A DNA stretch of 63,111 nt, filler included, from Octopus bimaculoides (GCF_001194135.2; 4 parts of 4 records of this genome joined end to end with filler, not necessarily neighbours in it), one strand, 5' to 3'; counted from the whole stretch's first letter, positions 36,366 to 50,314 are shown. Notes: generated by a model from the letters alone, not told the origin. Numbers and translations: made by a program.

Positions 36366-36401
36366 TTTAACGTTTCGAGCCTACGCTCTTCCACAGAAAG
36401 G
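36366..36401 (-). ncRNA. Candidate minimal hammerhead-like motif with non-canonical CUGUGGA core
   Basis: Reverse CCTTT-CTGTGGA-A-GAGC(GTAG)GCTC-GAAAC-GTT-AAA: perfect 4-bp stem II, palindromic AACGTT stem III, 3-bp stem I. Confidence 0.5.
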
Positions 36402-37714
36402 AACACAGTAAGAAACAAGGAGAGAAAATAAAAAGAGAAAATAAAGAGAGAATATATATATATACACTCACAATATATAATGTGAGTGTATGTGGTTATG
36501 TGTGTTTTGTTCAGAAAGGCTCTGAAACGGTACATCTTCGATAAAAACCGAATTTGCTTTTCGAAATTTGCGTCCCAAAGATACTATTGTCCGTAAATAA
36601 TAATAAAAAACGCATAATTTACTATAAGAAATAACTTTTAGATCGACAAATCTTCCACCATCAATCTATCTCTCTATATATATATTTACACCCACTTTAT
36701 CTCTCTCTCTCTATCTCTCTCTATCTATCTATCTATCTCTATCTATCTCTCTCTCCCTCTCTCTGTGTATGTATTAACTTTCACCCATTGCTTTCATTTT
36801 GTTTAAAACCTAGTCATCTAATGTTTACTTTCATTTTGATACGTAGATTATTACACACAAAATGCTTAGCTTCCAAATCCTGTTTTCTGATTGGGTAAAA
36901 ATGATCAAACATAAACATTTTTCGAAAATTTTTCTTGAACAAGCGAATCACAAACTCGGATTCAGCGTGAAAGTGTACATTATTATACTGAATTTGAAAA
37001 TTTTCACTTAATTTCAAAATTTCAAAGTCTGTGACAGCTTCAGAAAAGATTTCTGTATTTGTCAATCTCTTTCATTTTTCGCTTTTCTCATGGTAATCTT
37101 TCTCCCTCTCTGTACAAGTTTACCACACACTTTCTCAATCTCAATAAGAGTATATCGTTTACGCTGAGTGTTCGTGTGTGTTTGTCAGTGTGTGTGCGCG
37201 CATATGTGTAAGGAATTTCATTAGGGTGACAGAGTGATGACTGAGACATGGTCGGGTCGTTGGGGAGGGTAATTTTTGTGTATCCTGCAGGATGATGGAC
37301 AAGACCCATCAAAGGGTAGAGAGACCCAGAGGAGTCAACGATCCTCCACTGTAGTCAAGGGTAGAGGTGCTCACAAGTCTGAGTAAAGGCAATTCGTTAA
37401 AGACATTGCTTCCCAAGCATTTTTCACTTACGGACCCCTCCGATTCCTATTTCACTTGGATGGTCCTTCCTAACCATTCGATGTTTTTTTTAAAAAATAG
37501 TTTTAATATTAACTACTATTAGGAATTGTATTTAAAAATTGTAAAAATATTTTGTGTATTGTAGAAGAAAAAGCAATATATTGCAGATAAATTTTAACAA
37601 CAAAAAATCTTATATGAACCCTCAAGGGTCATGTGGACTCTGGTTGAGACACACTGGTTTAGGAGAAGGGAATCTGGTTTATAAAAACCGTTCAGTGACG
37701 ATTTGCGATCAACT

Positions 37715-38105
37715 GTTACTTGTTGTTAGCACTCCGTCGCTTACGACGTCGAGGGTTCCAGTTGATCCGATCAACGGAACAGCCTGCTCGTGAAATTAAC
37801 GTGCAAGTGGCTGAGCACTCCACAGACACGTGTACCCTTAACGTAGTTCTCGGGGATGTACAACGTGACACAGTGTGACAAGGCTGGCCCTTTGAATTAC
37901 AGGCACAACAGAAACAGGAAGAAAGAGTGAGAGAAAGTTGTGGTGAAAGAGTACAGCAGGGTTCGCCACCATCCCCTGCCGGAGCCTCGTGGAGCTTTTA
38001 GGTGTTTTCGCTCAATAAACACTTACAACGCCCGGTCTGGGAATCGAGACCGCGATCCTATGACCGCGAGTCCGCTGCCCTAACCACTAGGCCATTGCGC
38101 CTCCA
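37715..38105 (-). mobile_element. tRNA-derived SINE (family C)
   Basis: Reverse head GGAGGCGCAATGGCCTAGTGGTTAGGGCAGCGG...CTCGATTCCC; very similar to 55650-56025 and 50315-50587. Confidence 0.92.
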
Positions 38106-38309
38106 CCAACGATAACTAATTTGCACAGAAAAAATATGTTCTTATGATGAANNNNNNNNNNNNNNNNNNNNNNNNNNNNNNNNNNNNNNNNNNNNNNNNN
38201 NNNNNNNNNNNNNNNNNNNNNNNNNNNNNNNNNNNNNNNNNNNNNNNNNNNNNNNNNNNNNNNNNNNNNNNNNNNNNNNNNNNNNNNNNNNNNNNNNNNN
38301 NNNNNNNNN

Positions 38310-38369
<60 letters not shown>

Positions 38370-39121
38370 AAAGCTATTTAGAACAAGATGAGATAAAGAT
38401 AGGGAAACGTGATGTAGTTGAGTAATACATATGATATTGAAGAAGGATGGTTTCTAGCAGTGAGAGCGGAATTGATTGCGAGGTGTATTAACTTAACGGT
38501 TAGGTAAATGGATAACTTGATTAAATAACTAAATTACACTTAGTAGTCAGCGTGTTTCAATAATTTAATAAATTAAACGTGATGGAATGGTTATTAATTG
38601 AACCAACATGTGATAGAGTAAAGACATACGATAGAGATATGATATATCAATGCACGTTGAAGATGGAAGTGGATAATAACTGCTCTGGAAAGTGGCGCTA
38701 GGGTATAAAGTGTTGTGTGATATAGAATATCACATGGTACAGGATTGAGGCGGAAGTGTTATATAATTAAATGTTTATTTTTTCCCCCTCTAGCAGCTCC
38801 AAGGGTTAAATAATATATTCATAGTGTAAGGCCAAGCACAAAGAAGACGAAGTTGCGAAATATAGAAGACCTAAAGTCTTGGCGTTGAATGCTTGTGTAT
38901 TTGAAATACAAGTTCTCGAGAATTCGAGTTGGTTACAGCTGTTGGTTAAATATGGGATCGGTGAAATTTAAATGATATGTGTGGTTAAGATGCTCACTTT
39001 GCAGCTATGTGATTTCGAGTTTTGTCTCACTGATCGGCACCTTGGGCACGTGACTTCTTCTATAACCTTGGGCCAATCAATGCCTTGTGAATTTGGTAGA
39101 CGGAAACTATGTGGAAGTCAG

Positions 39122-39240
<119 letters not shown>

Positions 39241-39269
39241 CACACACGCACGCGCATGCGCGCGCACGA

Positions 39270-39304
<35 letters not shown>

Positions 39305-39359
39305 TGTGTGTGTTTCTGCAGTAATGGTTTTTCCTAGTTTTAAGAATTTATAGTGCATG

Positions 39360-39486
39360 AGTCCAATAGTATACCACCAAACACTTCAGTGGCGTTTGAA
39401 CTCAAAGCGAAAAAAGGCGAAAGAAATCCTGCTAAGCATTTTAACCATTGCGCTAACGATTTTGCCATGTCGCCTCGGTATTATTA

Positions 39487-39550
<64 letters not shown>

Positions 39551-39982
39551 CATTACTACTGGCAGAATCGTTAGCATGCTGGGAAAAATGCTTAGCGGCA
39601 TTTCGTCCGTCTTTTGCTCTGAAAAGATCTGAGCTCAAATTCCGCCCAAGTCGACTTTATATTTCATCCTTTCGGGGTTGATGAAATAAGTACCAGTTAC
39701 GTACTGGGGTCGATATAATCGACTATCTCCCTCCCCCACAATTTGTGCCTATAATAGGAAGGATTATTACAATTACTGTTAGCAGACTCGTTAACATGCC
39801 TGGCGAAATGCTCAGCGGTATTTCGCCCGTCGCTACATTCCGAGTTCAAATTCCGCCGAGGTTGACTTTGCCTCTCATCCTTTCAGGGTCGATAAATTAA
39901 GTACCAATGAAACACTGGGATGGATGTAATCGACTAGTTCCCTCCCACCAAATTTCATGCCTTGTGCTTTTAGTAGAAAGGG

Positions 39983-39990
<8 letters not shown>
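39360..39990. mobile_element. Cluster of family A SINEs (one minus, two plus) around an (ATT)n tract
   Basis: Repeated heads and B boxes GAGTTCAAATTCCGCC. Confidence 0.85.
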
Positions 39991-40016
<26 letters not shown>

Positions 40017-40029
40017 CATTATTATTATT

Positions 40030-40602
40030 GAGTGAGAGAGCAGGGCATGCCATCAAAGTGACACTGGGGTAAAATATACGAAGCCCATTATACCCATCAT
40101 GACTACCCATCTTATAAGGGTACATCAGGCACATGCATCACAACCATATGTGCGCGACATGGTGATCTCATATCAAGATAAGCAGCGCATGACGTCGCAG
40201 GTAGGGCCCAGTTAGAATTTTCTTCAGATCGAGTAGCCCATCCTGCTCAAAAGGTCCCTGAATAAGGTTTGTTTAAGGATGTTAAGCAAAACACCCATGT
40301 TTCCAAAGGTGAATTATCGAAACCCCCAAAGAATTCCCCTCAACACATGGCTATGATACTCCCCCACTACTTCTCCTCATGATCAGTGATGCACATATCA
40401 TCAGCCACCAAGGGACATGCTCAACTGGTTAAAGTCAAACAACTGACAAGCAAATCTGTGGTATTGAGCGGAATATTTGCTGTAGCCCATCTTTTTATAC
40501 CAAGACAACACAATGTACATGATAACACTTCTAATCACTTAAAATCAGAAGCTATGAAAGCCACTGCCTGGTACTGCATCCGGTCATAAGCTGCATCCGG
40601 GC
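40030..40602 (-). mobile_element. Family D (TAA)n-tailed retroposon, full length
   Basis: Reverse complement of 9854-10386; ATT/ATC repeats on both sides. Confidence 0.9.
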
Positions 40603-40621
40603 ATCATCATCATCATCATCA

Positions 40622-40668
<47 letters not shown>

Positions 40669-40669
40669 T

Positions 40670-41525
40670 ATTTGTTTGTTTTTAATCCGCTTGTTTGTTA
40701 CAATCACGTGCCGAAACACACCCAGCGTCCTGGGGCGAGTGAAGGATAAGAGATGTTACAGTTTGACTGAAAGTTTGGGGAGGGCAAGTGGCAGGATCAG
40801 TAGTGAAATATCTTCATGTAAGACAACACAGACATTTAAATGGATAGGGTTTTCCTAAGGATATGGACAGAACTTGTCAGCATAATCTTTTGGATTTCTC
40901 TGAAGACATGGTTCTTCTGCGATCTTATCCAGATGTTTCTGACATCCCTTTTTAATCATACATAGAGCACCGACAATAACAGGAACAGTTTTCGCTCTAA
41001 GATGACACATCTTTTGTATTTCAATTTCCAGCTCTTTATATTTACTTAACAGATATATTTTTATCAGTGGGAACACTTACATCTAATAGTCTACAAGTAT
41101 TTTCTTCTCTGTCTTTAATAATTATGTCTCATCGATTATCCTGGATTGTTCTGTCAATGTTGACTAGAAAATCCCAGAAGATAGTTGACATTTTTACCTT
41201 CAATGACTGGCTCAGGGTGATGTTTATACCAGTAAGCTGGAGTGCTGATTTAGTAGTGTTTACATATTTTCCAATGTAAATACTACCCTACCGTAGCGAT
41301 TTTTGTATTCTTTTGGTATCAGCACAGGACATCCCGAGAAAAGATGGTCTATTGTTTCATCAAATGTGTTGCAGAATCTGCATTTAGGGTCAGAAGCGTT
41401 TTGAAGAACCTTAGCTTGGTAATTCTTTGTAAGCAAGCTTTGATCTTATGCCGCCAATATGAACCCCTCAGCCTCTACTTTCAGTCACTGATGGATTCTT
41501 GCTTGGTCTACATCAGATTTCGTCT
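40670..41525 (-). mobile_element. R4/Dong-like LINE 3' fragment (zinc finger and RLE) with (TAA)n tail
   Basis: EAEGFILAA.DQSL; DPKCRFCNTFDETIDHLFSGCPVL; LHWK; KYKELEIEIQKM...TVPVIVGAL. Confidence 0.92.
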
Positions 41526-41530
41526 TCGAA

Positions 41531-41960
41531 GTAGCCCGCGCTCTTAACCACTACACCATAAGCCGGTGGGAAATTATGGAGTGAATTTTAGGGCTTATAA
41601 ATCTAATATTTTCCTATCCTTCCTTAATACCGGTTCCCATATGTTACTCATATTTGCACTAGGTCTGCTTAGAAGGTTATTGTGTCCTAGCATATTTGAT
41701 GCTTCTTTTGGTTTTTTGTATTTTCCAGTGGTGTTCTCTGTTTATTATTTTAACTTCATCCCACAGGGGGAAGTGGTCTCCGTTTTTCCATACATGATCA
41801 CTAATATTTTTATAACGTGTTTTCCCTGCACAACCGGGCGCAACTCTGTGTGTTTTGAGTATGTACTGGATTCGTTTTAGACTTGTTACTTTCACTGTAT
41901 GAAAAGTACTTTACATATGAAGAGTGCGGTACATAGCAGTGCTATTTTCTGTATGTTATA
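41531..41960 (-). mobile_element. Penelope-like element 3' fragment: C-terminal GIY-YIG endonuclease region followed by a tRNA-like segment
   Basis: ISDHVWKNGDHFPLWDEVKIINREHHWKI..KEASNMLG..LLSRPS..IWEPVL, stop near 41597; then TATGGTGTAGTGGTTAAGAGCGCGGGCTAC (41560-41531). Confidence 0.8.
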
Positions 41961-42268
41961 TATATTTGTAAGTCAACCACATAGACAAAAAATTTGTGCT
42001 AGTGAAAAGAGCCAACGAAGAATTGATGGCCCTCATCGCATGAAGTAAAGATACTGAGAGTGAGAGAGTAATTTTCGGCACCAGCACTTTAGGGAGGTAT
42101 TTTCCCTACGACTTTGGAACCTTTAATGTAAGATCCACCAGGACACTTTGAAAGGGGGGATCATTTGGAAGCCCCAACGAGATTCAGAGGTCGGGCCAGC
42201 CGTCTTCTAACAGCACCGGGACCGTAAGTAACCCTACTTTTGTTTTCTCTCAACTCTTTCCAGCCAAC

Positions 42269-43260
42269 ATGGTGGTTATTACTGTACGTTGTATAAACGT
42301 ATGTGGTCTGGGGTCGTCCTGGAGACAAGAGCGCTTGGTCAATGACCTTAGATCGCTAGATTTGGACTTGATAGCCGTCAACAAAAAAGAGGATTTCAGA
42401 CACGCGCATACTAGCCCCCATTCTTGACGACTTCGAAACTTATGCATCTCTTAGTCGACTTCAAATGTCGACTTCAAATGTGAGGCTGTGCTGTTTAAGA
42501 GAGGCCTGGATCTCGAGGTACAAACGCTTTTCATGAAGCCAGATAGTAAGTTGATGGTTCTGAATGTGAGCCATAGCGAAGGTGGTGCTTTTAGACTGGT
42601 CACTGTTTACGCCCCGACTGGGTGGGGAAGCCGGATTTCTTCAGATTTTTGGAGGTTTTGTTTGAGACGACTCACTCTGTAGTGTTAGTGGGCGATCCAA
42701 ATACCATCTTGGACGCTCGCCTGGACTGTGTGGGTTTAGCCGATAGGAGAGTGGGTATAAGAGCCTCACAAATATACTCAGTTACTTCCAACTGGCTGAG
42801 ATATACCAACTGGATTTCCTGAATGCACCAATGTGGACCTAGGCAAACAGTATTGTGTTTTCCAGATCGTGTCTAGACAAGTTATTCTGTAGGCCAGTAG
42901 ATAGAAGATGTCCCGAATTCAAAGTCATCGAGTGCACATACCAGAAATCTGTGATCTTTATGGTCGACCAGGGTAGGATCCATAGACAGAATCCCGGATA
43001 CTGGAAGCTGAACGCATCTTTCCCAGCGTGTCAAAATCTCAGAGACCTAGTTTGCAAGTTAGTTCATCAGAAATTGTCGGGTGCAATCGTTAACAACCGA
43101 TGGTGGATAGCCCTGAAAAGGACTTAAAGTAGAGGCATTACGATCTTGTTAAAAAATGGCGTTAGAGGAATCTAGAATTGAGGGTGACCTACTTAGGAAG
43201 CAAGAGGGGGCATTTAGAACAGGCATAGCGACAGACATGCTGGCGACGAGATTGGGCGAA
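42269..43260 (+). mobile_element. Tx1/L1-like ORF2 5' part (APE endonuclease), pseudogenised
   Basis: MVVITVRCINVCGL; FRLVTVYAP; VLVGDPNTILD; GYWKLNAS. Confidence 0.85.
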
Positions 43261-43369
43261 TTCCTAGTGCTGTGAACTGAGGCGTGGTGGTGGTGGTGGT
43301 GGTGGTGATGCTAAAATAGATCATTTTAGACCTTCAAGTGAGGATGAAAAGGGAAGTTCTCCACCCCGC

Positions 43370-43670
43370 CCCAATGTGGTGAGGATGGCCCGTGTGAATG
43401 AGCCTGCTATGAACATGTGCCTGCAAGCCGGACAAAATGGAGAAAGGGATGACCAGGATGTGTGGGGTTCCTTGGTCGCCCCTGGGTGGAACTGTATCCA
43501 TTTTGGGGAATTTTATTATTTAAATTGTCTTATTCTTTTTGTTATTTTAGTGTTTACATGTTTTGTTTTTTATTAAGCCCCACTTATCCCTTGTTTTTCT
43601 ATAGCCCATTATGTTGTCTTCGGCCCTTGAGCCTAATAAAGAAAAGATCATCATCATCATCATCATCATT
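43370..43670 (+). mobile_element. Probable 3' end of the same Tx1/L1-like element, with AATAAAGAAAA and (ATC)n tail
   Basis: T-rich 3' UTR ending CCCTTGAGCCTAATAAAGAAAA, like the 3' end at 12207-12229. Confidence 0.65.
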
Positions 43671-43729
43671 ATTATTTTTATTATTATTACTAATTATTAT
43701 TGTTATTATTTATTATTATTTTTATTAAA

Positions 43730-43935
43730 GTGGCGATATGGAAGAATCGTTAGCATGCTGGGCAAAATGTTTAGCGATATTTCCTCCGCCTTTACGTTCT
43801 GAGTTCAAATTCCACCAAGCTCGATTTTGCATTTCTTCCTTTCAAAGTCAATAAAATAAGTACCAGTTAAGTACTGGGGTCAATATAATTGACTTACTCT
43901 CGCCCCTGAAATTGCTGGCCTTGTGCGTATAAGAG
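43730..43935 (+). mobile_element. SINE family A
   Basis: GAATCGTTAGCATGCTGGGC...GAGTTCAAATTCC. Confidence 0.85.
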
Positions 43936-44852
43936 AAAATATAATTATTATTTCTAATTTTGAAACGAAGCCAGTAGGAGAGGGCATATCGATTACATTA
44001 ACCTAGGCACTTATTTTATCGATCTCGGAAAGGTGAAAAGCAAGGACTCCGAAGAATTTGAACCCTGAACATAAAGAGGCGGAAAAATTGCAGAGTAAAC
44101 ATTGCTTTTCACTTTTGGGGTCGATAAATCGATAAACAAAGTACGTGTCCAAAATACCTCGATTTCTTTCTTTCCTTCTTTCTGTTTTCTTTCTTTCTTT
44201 CNNNNNNNNNNNNNNNNNNNNNNNNNNNNNNNNNNNNNNNNNNNNTTAATTAATTAANNNNNNNNNNNNNNNNNNNNNNNNNNNNNNNNNNNNNNNNNNN
44301 NTATATACATGTATATATATACACATGTTTGTGTATGCATATATAAATCATGAACTTAATATGGCTGTTGCCCTTCTTTCGTTTGTAAATCAATGATTCA
44401 TCAACATGTGACGATTTCACATTTCTAAAAACATGGCCTCTGTCTTTCCATTTCAACAATAGTCAGACAGTTTATCTTATCGACAGCTAATTAATCATCA
44501 GAGAATTCCGAACCAATTTTATGATACCCAATTTCTGTCTTTGAAATAAGCTAATTTGTCAATTCTTTGTTAAACGTTGTTCCAGACTAACTCGATGTCT
44601 TTAAATATGTGTGTATGTGTATGTGTGGCGTGTGTCTGCGAGTTTGCCTGTGTATGAGATGTGTGTGCGTGGTGGGACATGTGTGTTTGTGTGTATATAT
44701 ATATACTTGGAAACAGATGCGTGGCGTTCAGTCATATAATAAAATAAATAATATATATATATACATNNNNNNNNNNNNNNNNNNNNNNNNNNNNNNNNNN
44801 NNNNNNNNNNNNNNNNNNNNNNNNNNNNNNNNNNNNNNNNNNNNNNNNNNNN

Positions 44853-44889
<37 letters not shown>

Positions 44890-45337
44890 CACACATACAC
44901 TCACACGCACGTTACACATTTGTGTATATGAGTGTGCATATGTTTATCGCATGCGTACATACGAATATGAGAATATTTTTCACTGTGCCTTGTATTTGCC
45001 AGTGCTTGTATACATGCGAGCGTGTGTGTGTGTGTATATGAGCATGTTTTCATGTGTGTGTTCATGTGTGTGTGTGTGTGAGTGTGCGTGTGTTTGTGTA
45101 TGCACAACTGTATACCTCAATTATCATTACGCAACAAACAACATTGTTATATTCATACACACTTTACAGTCAACTACACAAGCATACATACATGTATACA
45201 TACATATTTATGTAGATATATATATTTATATAGACACACACACGCGCACATATATGTATATATCTGTATATATGCATGCATGCGTGTATATATATATATA
45301 TAGTATATATATATGTGTGTGTAGATATAGTATATAT

Positions 45338-45387
<50 letters not shown>

Positions 45388-47004
45388 GCACACACACATA
45401 TATAAATGTACATACATATACATACAGTCACACACATACGGATCAACTCATATATCAAAAGTTTATATCAAAATTATCTCACGAACTCTATCGACTGTGA
45501 AGCTAATCAGTGATCACATTAATCGAATTAGCTGATTAGTGAACGATAATTATATTTCCTGTGGTCCGTCATATCTGATATTCTCTATTTATGTGAAGAT
45601 AATTAAGTAAAAAATAGTCAGGTACCATTTCCCCAGTGTAGAAATGTTGATGTGTATGGTGGCGACATCACGTCTGGTTTGTCAACAAGTCTCGTTCTGT
45701 GTTACACTTTCGCATAGTCAACTCTTGTCATCATTGTCTATTGTTCTTACTGTTACTTTTACTGGTTATGTTGTCGTTGTCGTTTTTGTTATTGTTAATA
45801 TTATTGCTGACGTCGGTAAGAATAACATTTCTAAAACGAATCGAGACATTCGGAGTATTGGTTTGGCTTAATGGAAGGAGGCCTATCATGTTTATAGATG
45901 ATTTGTGTTCATGCTCCACGCGCTACCTTCGATCTTCCGTCAATCCAAATCTTTCTAAAATGGACAGAGAATTTTGAAAATTTGCTTTGGTCCGATAGTA
46001 GAACATCAGTCATGTTTACAGATGATTTATGTTTGAATACCACGGGCTGCCTTAAATAAATTTTGTCTATCCAATTGTTCTAAAAAATCAAAGAAAATGC
46101 TTTGTACAGGCAAAGGGTTAGGAGTAAAACAAAAAGAGAAAGATACCTTCTCGCGTCATGCCGACTCATAAAGGCCAGATTCCTGGTTTCCATGGCGTAT
46201 AAATTCACCACGTGGACGGAACGTCGGTCTATCGCAAAGAACACAACACGTCGCCCGGCCCAAGAATCGAAACCACAATCTTACGATCATGCGTGCAACA
46301 TCATAACCAGTAAGCCACACGTCTCCACAAAAACTGAGAGTAGATAAACCTTTATTTTAGTTTAAGCCATTGCTTATTCAGGACTGACAAATGGTTAACT
46401 ATCATATAAAACAATTTTTCAAAGCGTCAGCAATTATGAAGATATTTTTGATAATTTCTCCATGTTTTAAAAACTTTTCATTGTTTAGACAACAGATGTG
46501 TAATCAAATATAGAAAATGCGAAGAATGCTACTAAACCTATTATTGTGTAACATCTCTATTTAATAATACGAGTGATCTGTCAATGTAATTTAGTTGAGA
46601 AAATCATAAATGGTATCATGGGAAGGCACTTAAATTCCTCTTAGAAGCTATCAGACTTGGAGTCACTTATCTCTGAATTGCTCATTAAATAGCAAAAATA
46701 TTGTCTCATTGTCGTTTATTGAATTTATTTCTTTAAATACGTTTCTGTAAATACATTTTTTTAAATGGAAGAAACAGATTTTGTCTAATAGCAACATTAG
46801 ATATATTGATGGTAAAAAGCTTATAAAACAATTAGTTTTCAATTTGGAATGTATGGTTCTGAATAAAATTAAAAATTATTTAGTCACGTGGCACCTTAGG
46901 CAGGTGTCGTCTACAAAAGCTTCGAGCCAACCAAAGACTTGTGAGTGGATTTGGTCGACGGAAACTGAAAGAAACTCGTCATACACACAGGAGCACGCAC
47001 ACAC

Positions 47005-47038
<34 letters not shown>

Positions 47039-47483
47039 CAGCTGATGAAGGATATGTTCTCTATGTGACCTGTGTGTTTTTTGTACCTTGTTTATCATTT
47101 TGTCCATGTTTTTTTACAACGTCATGTACCCAGATATGCATCTATATGTACATGTAGATTAAGATATGTACATACATGTACATATATATGCATATACTCA
47201 TATATTATTTATAGGAGGAATTTCAACCATGTTTCGTGGTCTTCTACCACAACAGCTCCTAATTAAATTCAATTTATCAACATTTAAAATTAAATTAATT
47301 TTCACAGTATATAATATATAAATATATAATTTAGAGAAAAGAACCAAAGTTCATGAACTCATCCATGAAAATCCACAGTCACATATAGAGAAAATTAATA
47401 AGTAAATACACTATAAATAAGTATAACAAAATACAAAGTAAAAATCATAAAATAATAATTATTATTTTATGATTTTTTAGTTT

Positions 47484-47746
47484 ATCATCATTTATTCCGA
47501 AGTCTTTAAAATCATTAGGACAGAAAAAAATATGAATTCTGTAGGCGAGGTCAGAACAGTACTGAAGGAGTATTTTTCTTCACGGACAAATGAATTTTGG
47601 AAGAGGGGTCTTGCAAGTCTACTTGATAGATGGAAGAACATTGTAAAAAAATGAAGGAGAATATATTTCTGATTAAAAAAGAACTTTATCTCGATTTTGA
47701 AAAATAAAAGAAGTATAAAAACTACATTGTTTATGGGATGGCCTAT
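47484..47746 (+). mobile_element. Mariner 3' fragment with right TIR
   Basis: HHLFRSL.NH...EVRTVLKEYFSSRTNEFWKRGLASLLDRWKNIV.NEGEYISD stop; TIR ...TTATGGGATGGCCTAT. Confidence 0.88.
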
Positions 47747-49889
47747 CACATACATACATGTATAAACATATATATACACATACATATGTATACACACACA
47801 CATATTGTTTTCTCATTGTATACATATGCATATAAAGAGAGGAGTCTATATTCTATTATCAGATGTGGTAAATAATATATATAGTAATCTACGATAGTTG
47901 ACGAGAGAGTTATGAACGATGTTTATTGTAGATAAGAGAGACATCTTATTCACAGTAGGGTAATGTAGTTAGGATAAGTATATTTAAAGTAAATATGTAT
48001 AGTAGATTATAAGATAGATAAGATGTATAAAGGAACACATGTATGGGGAAATCTATTGACTAGCATCAAAAGGAAGACAGCTCTATTATGAAAAATGTTT
48101 CGATATTTTATAGAAGAAAAGATGTCTGAAGTGATTGGTAGTGAAACGAGAAAACAATAAAGAGGAACGTATAGCTTGAATCGGTGCTTTACTAAAAAGC
48201 TAAATGATGTCTTCGTACGGTAAATAGTCAATGATAACGGAAAGACAAAGTAAATGCCTGGTGGATATAGACGACAATCTCCAGTATAATTTCCTCTTCA
48301 ATATATTGATATTCTTTCCGCATTATGGCGTTGAAAAGAAGAGCAATTAAAAAAGTTTTATCAACGATATCATATGATATTACATCCGATATTCGGAGAT
48401 AACCAAAAGAAACCAAGGGAGAAATAAACAATAAAGCAAAACAACAATAAATAAAACACTCGCCAAGTTTTAAAAATATAAATCACAACTGAATATAGTT
48501 TACCTATAACTATATTTAGGTTACATAGATTTACAATATGCCAAAATATTTTTTCATTTGATTTCATGTCTGCTACGTGTTTTACTTCTTAGAAATAAAG
48601 ACCGAGATTGTGTATACGTGTCGGTCATTACTTCTTCATTTTGTTTTAACAGGAACGACGTTCGCTGTCACAGTAGTTACATGATTAATATATTTATATT
48701 CATCGATGCAGCGAGCTAGAAGTGTCGTTTACCCGTCGGGCAAAATGCATCGCGGCATTTCGTTCGTCTTTACATTCTGAGTTCAAATTCCGCTGAGATC
48801 GGGGTCGATATAATCAACTTACCATCTCCACCGAAATTTCTAGACCTTGTGCCAAGATTTGAAACCAATATATATATTCATCATATGTAGTAATTTAATT
48901 ATACATAATCTATACTTAGGTTTTTATGTTTGACATAATATAGGCTCTCTTTGTGACCACGTGTTTTGGGATCAGCCATACCACGCAGCAACTTGGACAA
49001 ATGTTAATTTGTCTATGTCCCCGTAACTTAACACTAGACTTTAAGAAATAAGTACAGAGATGAAAGTGTAGGTGTTTGTAGTTGTCTCCTTTGATAGCCT
49101 TGATAGTCCACCCTTATTATAATAACAGATAACTGTAATATTTGTCCAACATAGTTTACTGTAGATATTGTTGATGTTTGAAAACATCGCATATAATTAG
49201 AGACACTATTTTTAAACATACAAACACAGCCGAATCAGTGATACAAACTGTGTGCGTAAGAGAGTTTAGTTGAAATATAGTTTAAAAACTATAACGAACC
49301 ATTGACAACGTTATTGTGCTGTGTCAGATGAATGAATGAATAACAAGGGAAGATTCGGAACTGCAATTAATTAAATTGTTAAACGAAGCATCAGAAAAAA
49401 TTGCTACAAAAAATGGAACAGGGGAAAATGAAAAATAGAGACCAACAAGAGAATAAAAATATATTTTTAAACATATAACAGTTTTAGTGACAAGGACAAA
49501 TATGATATTAAACTGCACGTTAGAAATATTTCACTTTATTGAACTCGAGTGGTATTGCATAATAAATTACCGCCCATATTGTAATTTGTCACACAAGTAG
49601 AACACTTGGAAACATATTGAATATTTTATCAAGATAAATAGGATAAGGTTGTCATTATTTGAGTGCGCAGCGGTGATCGTTTTGGTAATAAAATATCATT
49701 GGATCAAGGTTTCTATACGTTATTTATTTTAGCAGCAAGATCTGATACGATATGAATACATAAATAACAAGAGTTTACAAATATTGATGTCAGGGTTGAA
49801 GACAAATATTGCGAAAACATTTCCCTGATATATAACAAACAAGGTGTATTGACAACCATAAAAAATGTGGTTATGCTTGACCACTATGC

Positions 49890-50075
49890 ATTCTCTTCTT
49901 CTTCTTCTTCTTCTTCTTCTTCTTCTTCTTCTTCTTCTTCTTCTTCTTCTTCTTCTTCTTCTCCTCCTTCTTCTTATTATTATTGTTATTCTTCTTATTA
50001 TTATTATCATTATTATTATTGTTATTCTTCTTCTTCTTCTTCTTCTACTTATTATTATTATTATTACTATTATTA
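49890..50075. repeat. (TTC)n/(TTA)n compound microsatellite
   Basis: Directly visible. Confidence 0.97.
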
Positions 50076-50314
50076 TGGCCGGATTCCAAACCGGACCGCA
50101 GCAACAAGTCTACCCGCCATAGTTCTATGCCCATCATGATTGCCTCTAGGTCCTGGATACATTCTAGGCTAGTCCCTGCAATCAATTTGTCGATGTGTGA
50201 CGACGTTTTCCTCTTCTTACATCACCATGAGGTGGGGTCCACAAGACTACGAGATTTGGATGCTACTAGGTCAGAATGGCGTACGTAGTGACCAGATAGT
50301 CACAGCCGAGAGCG

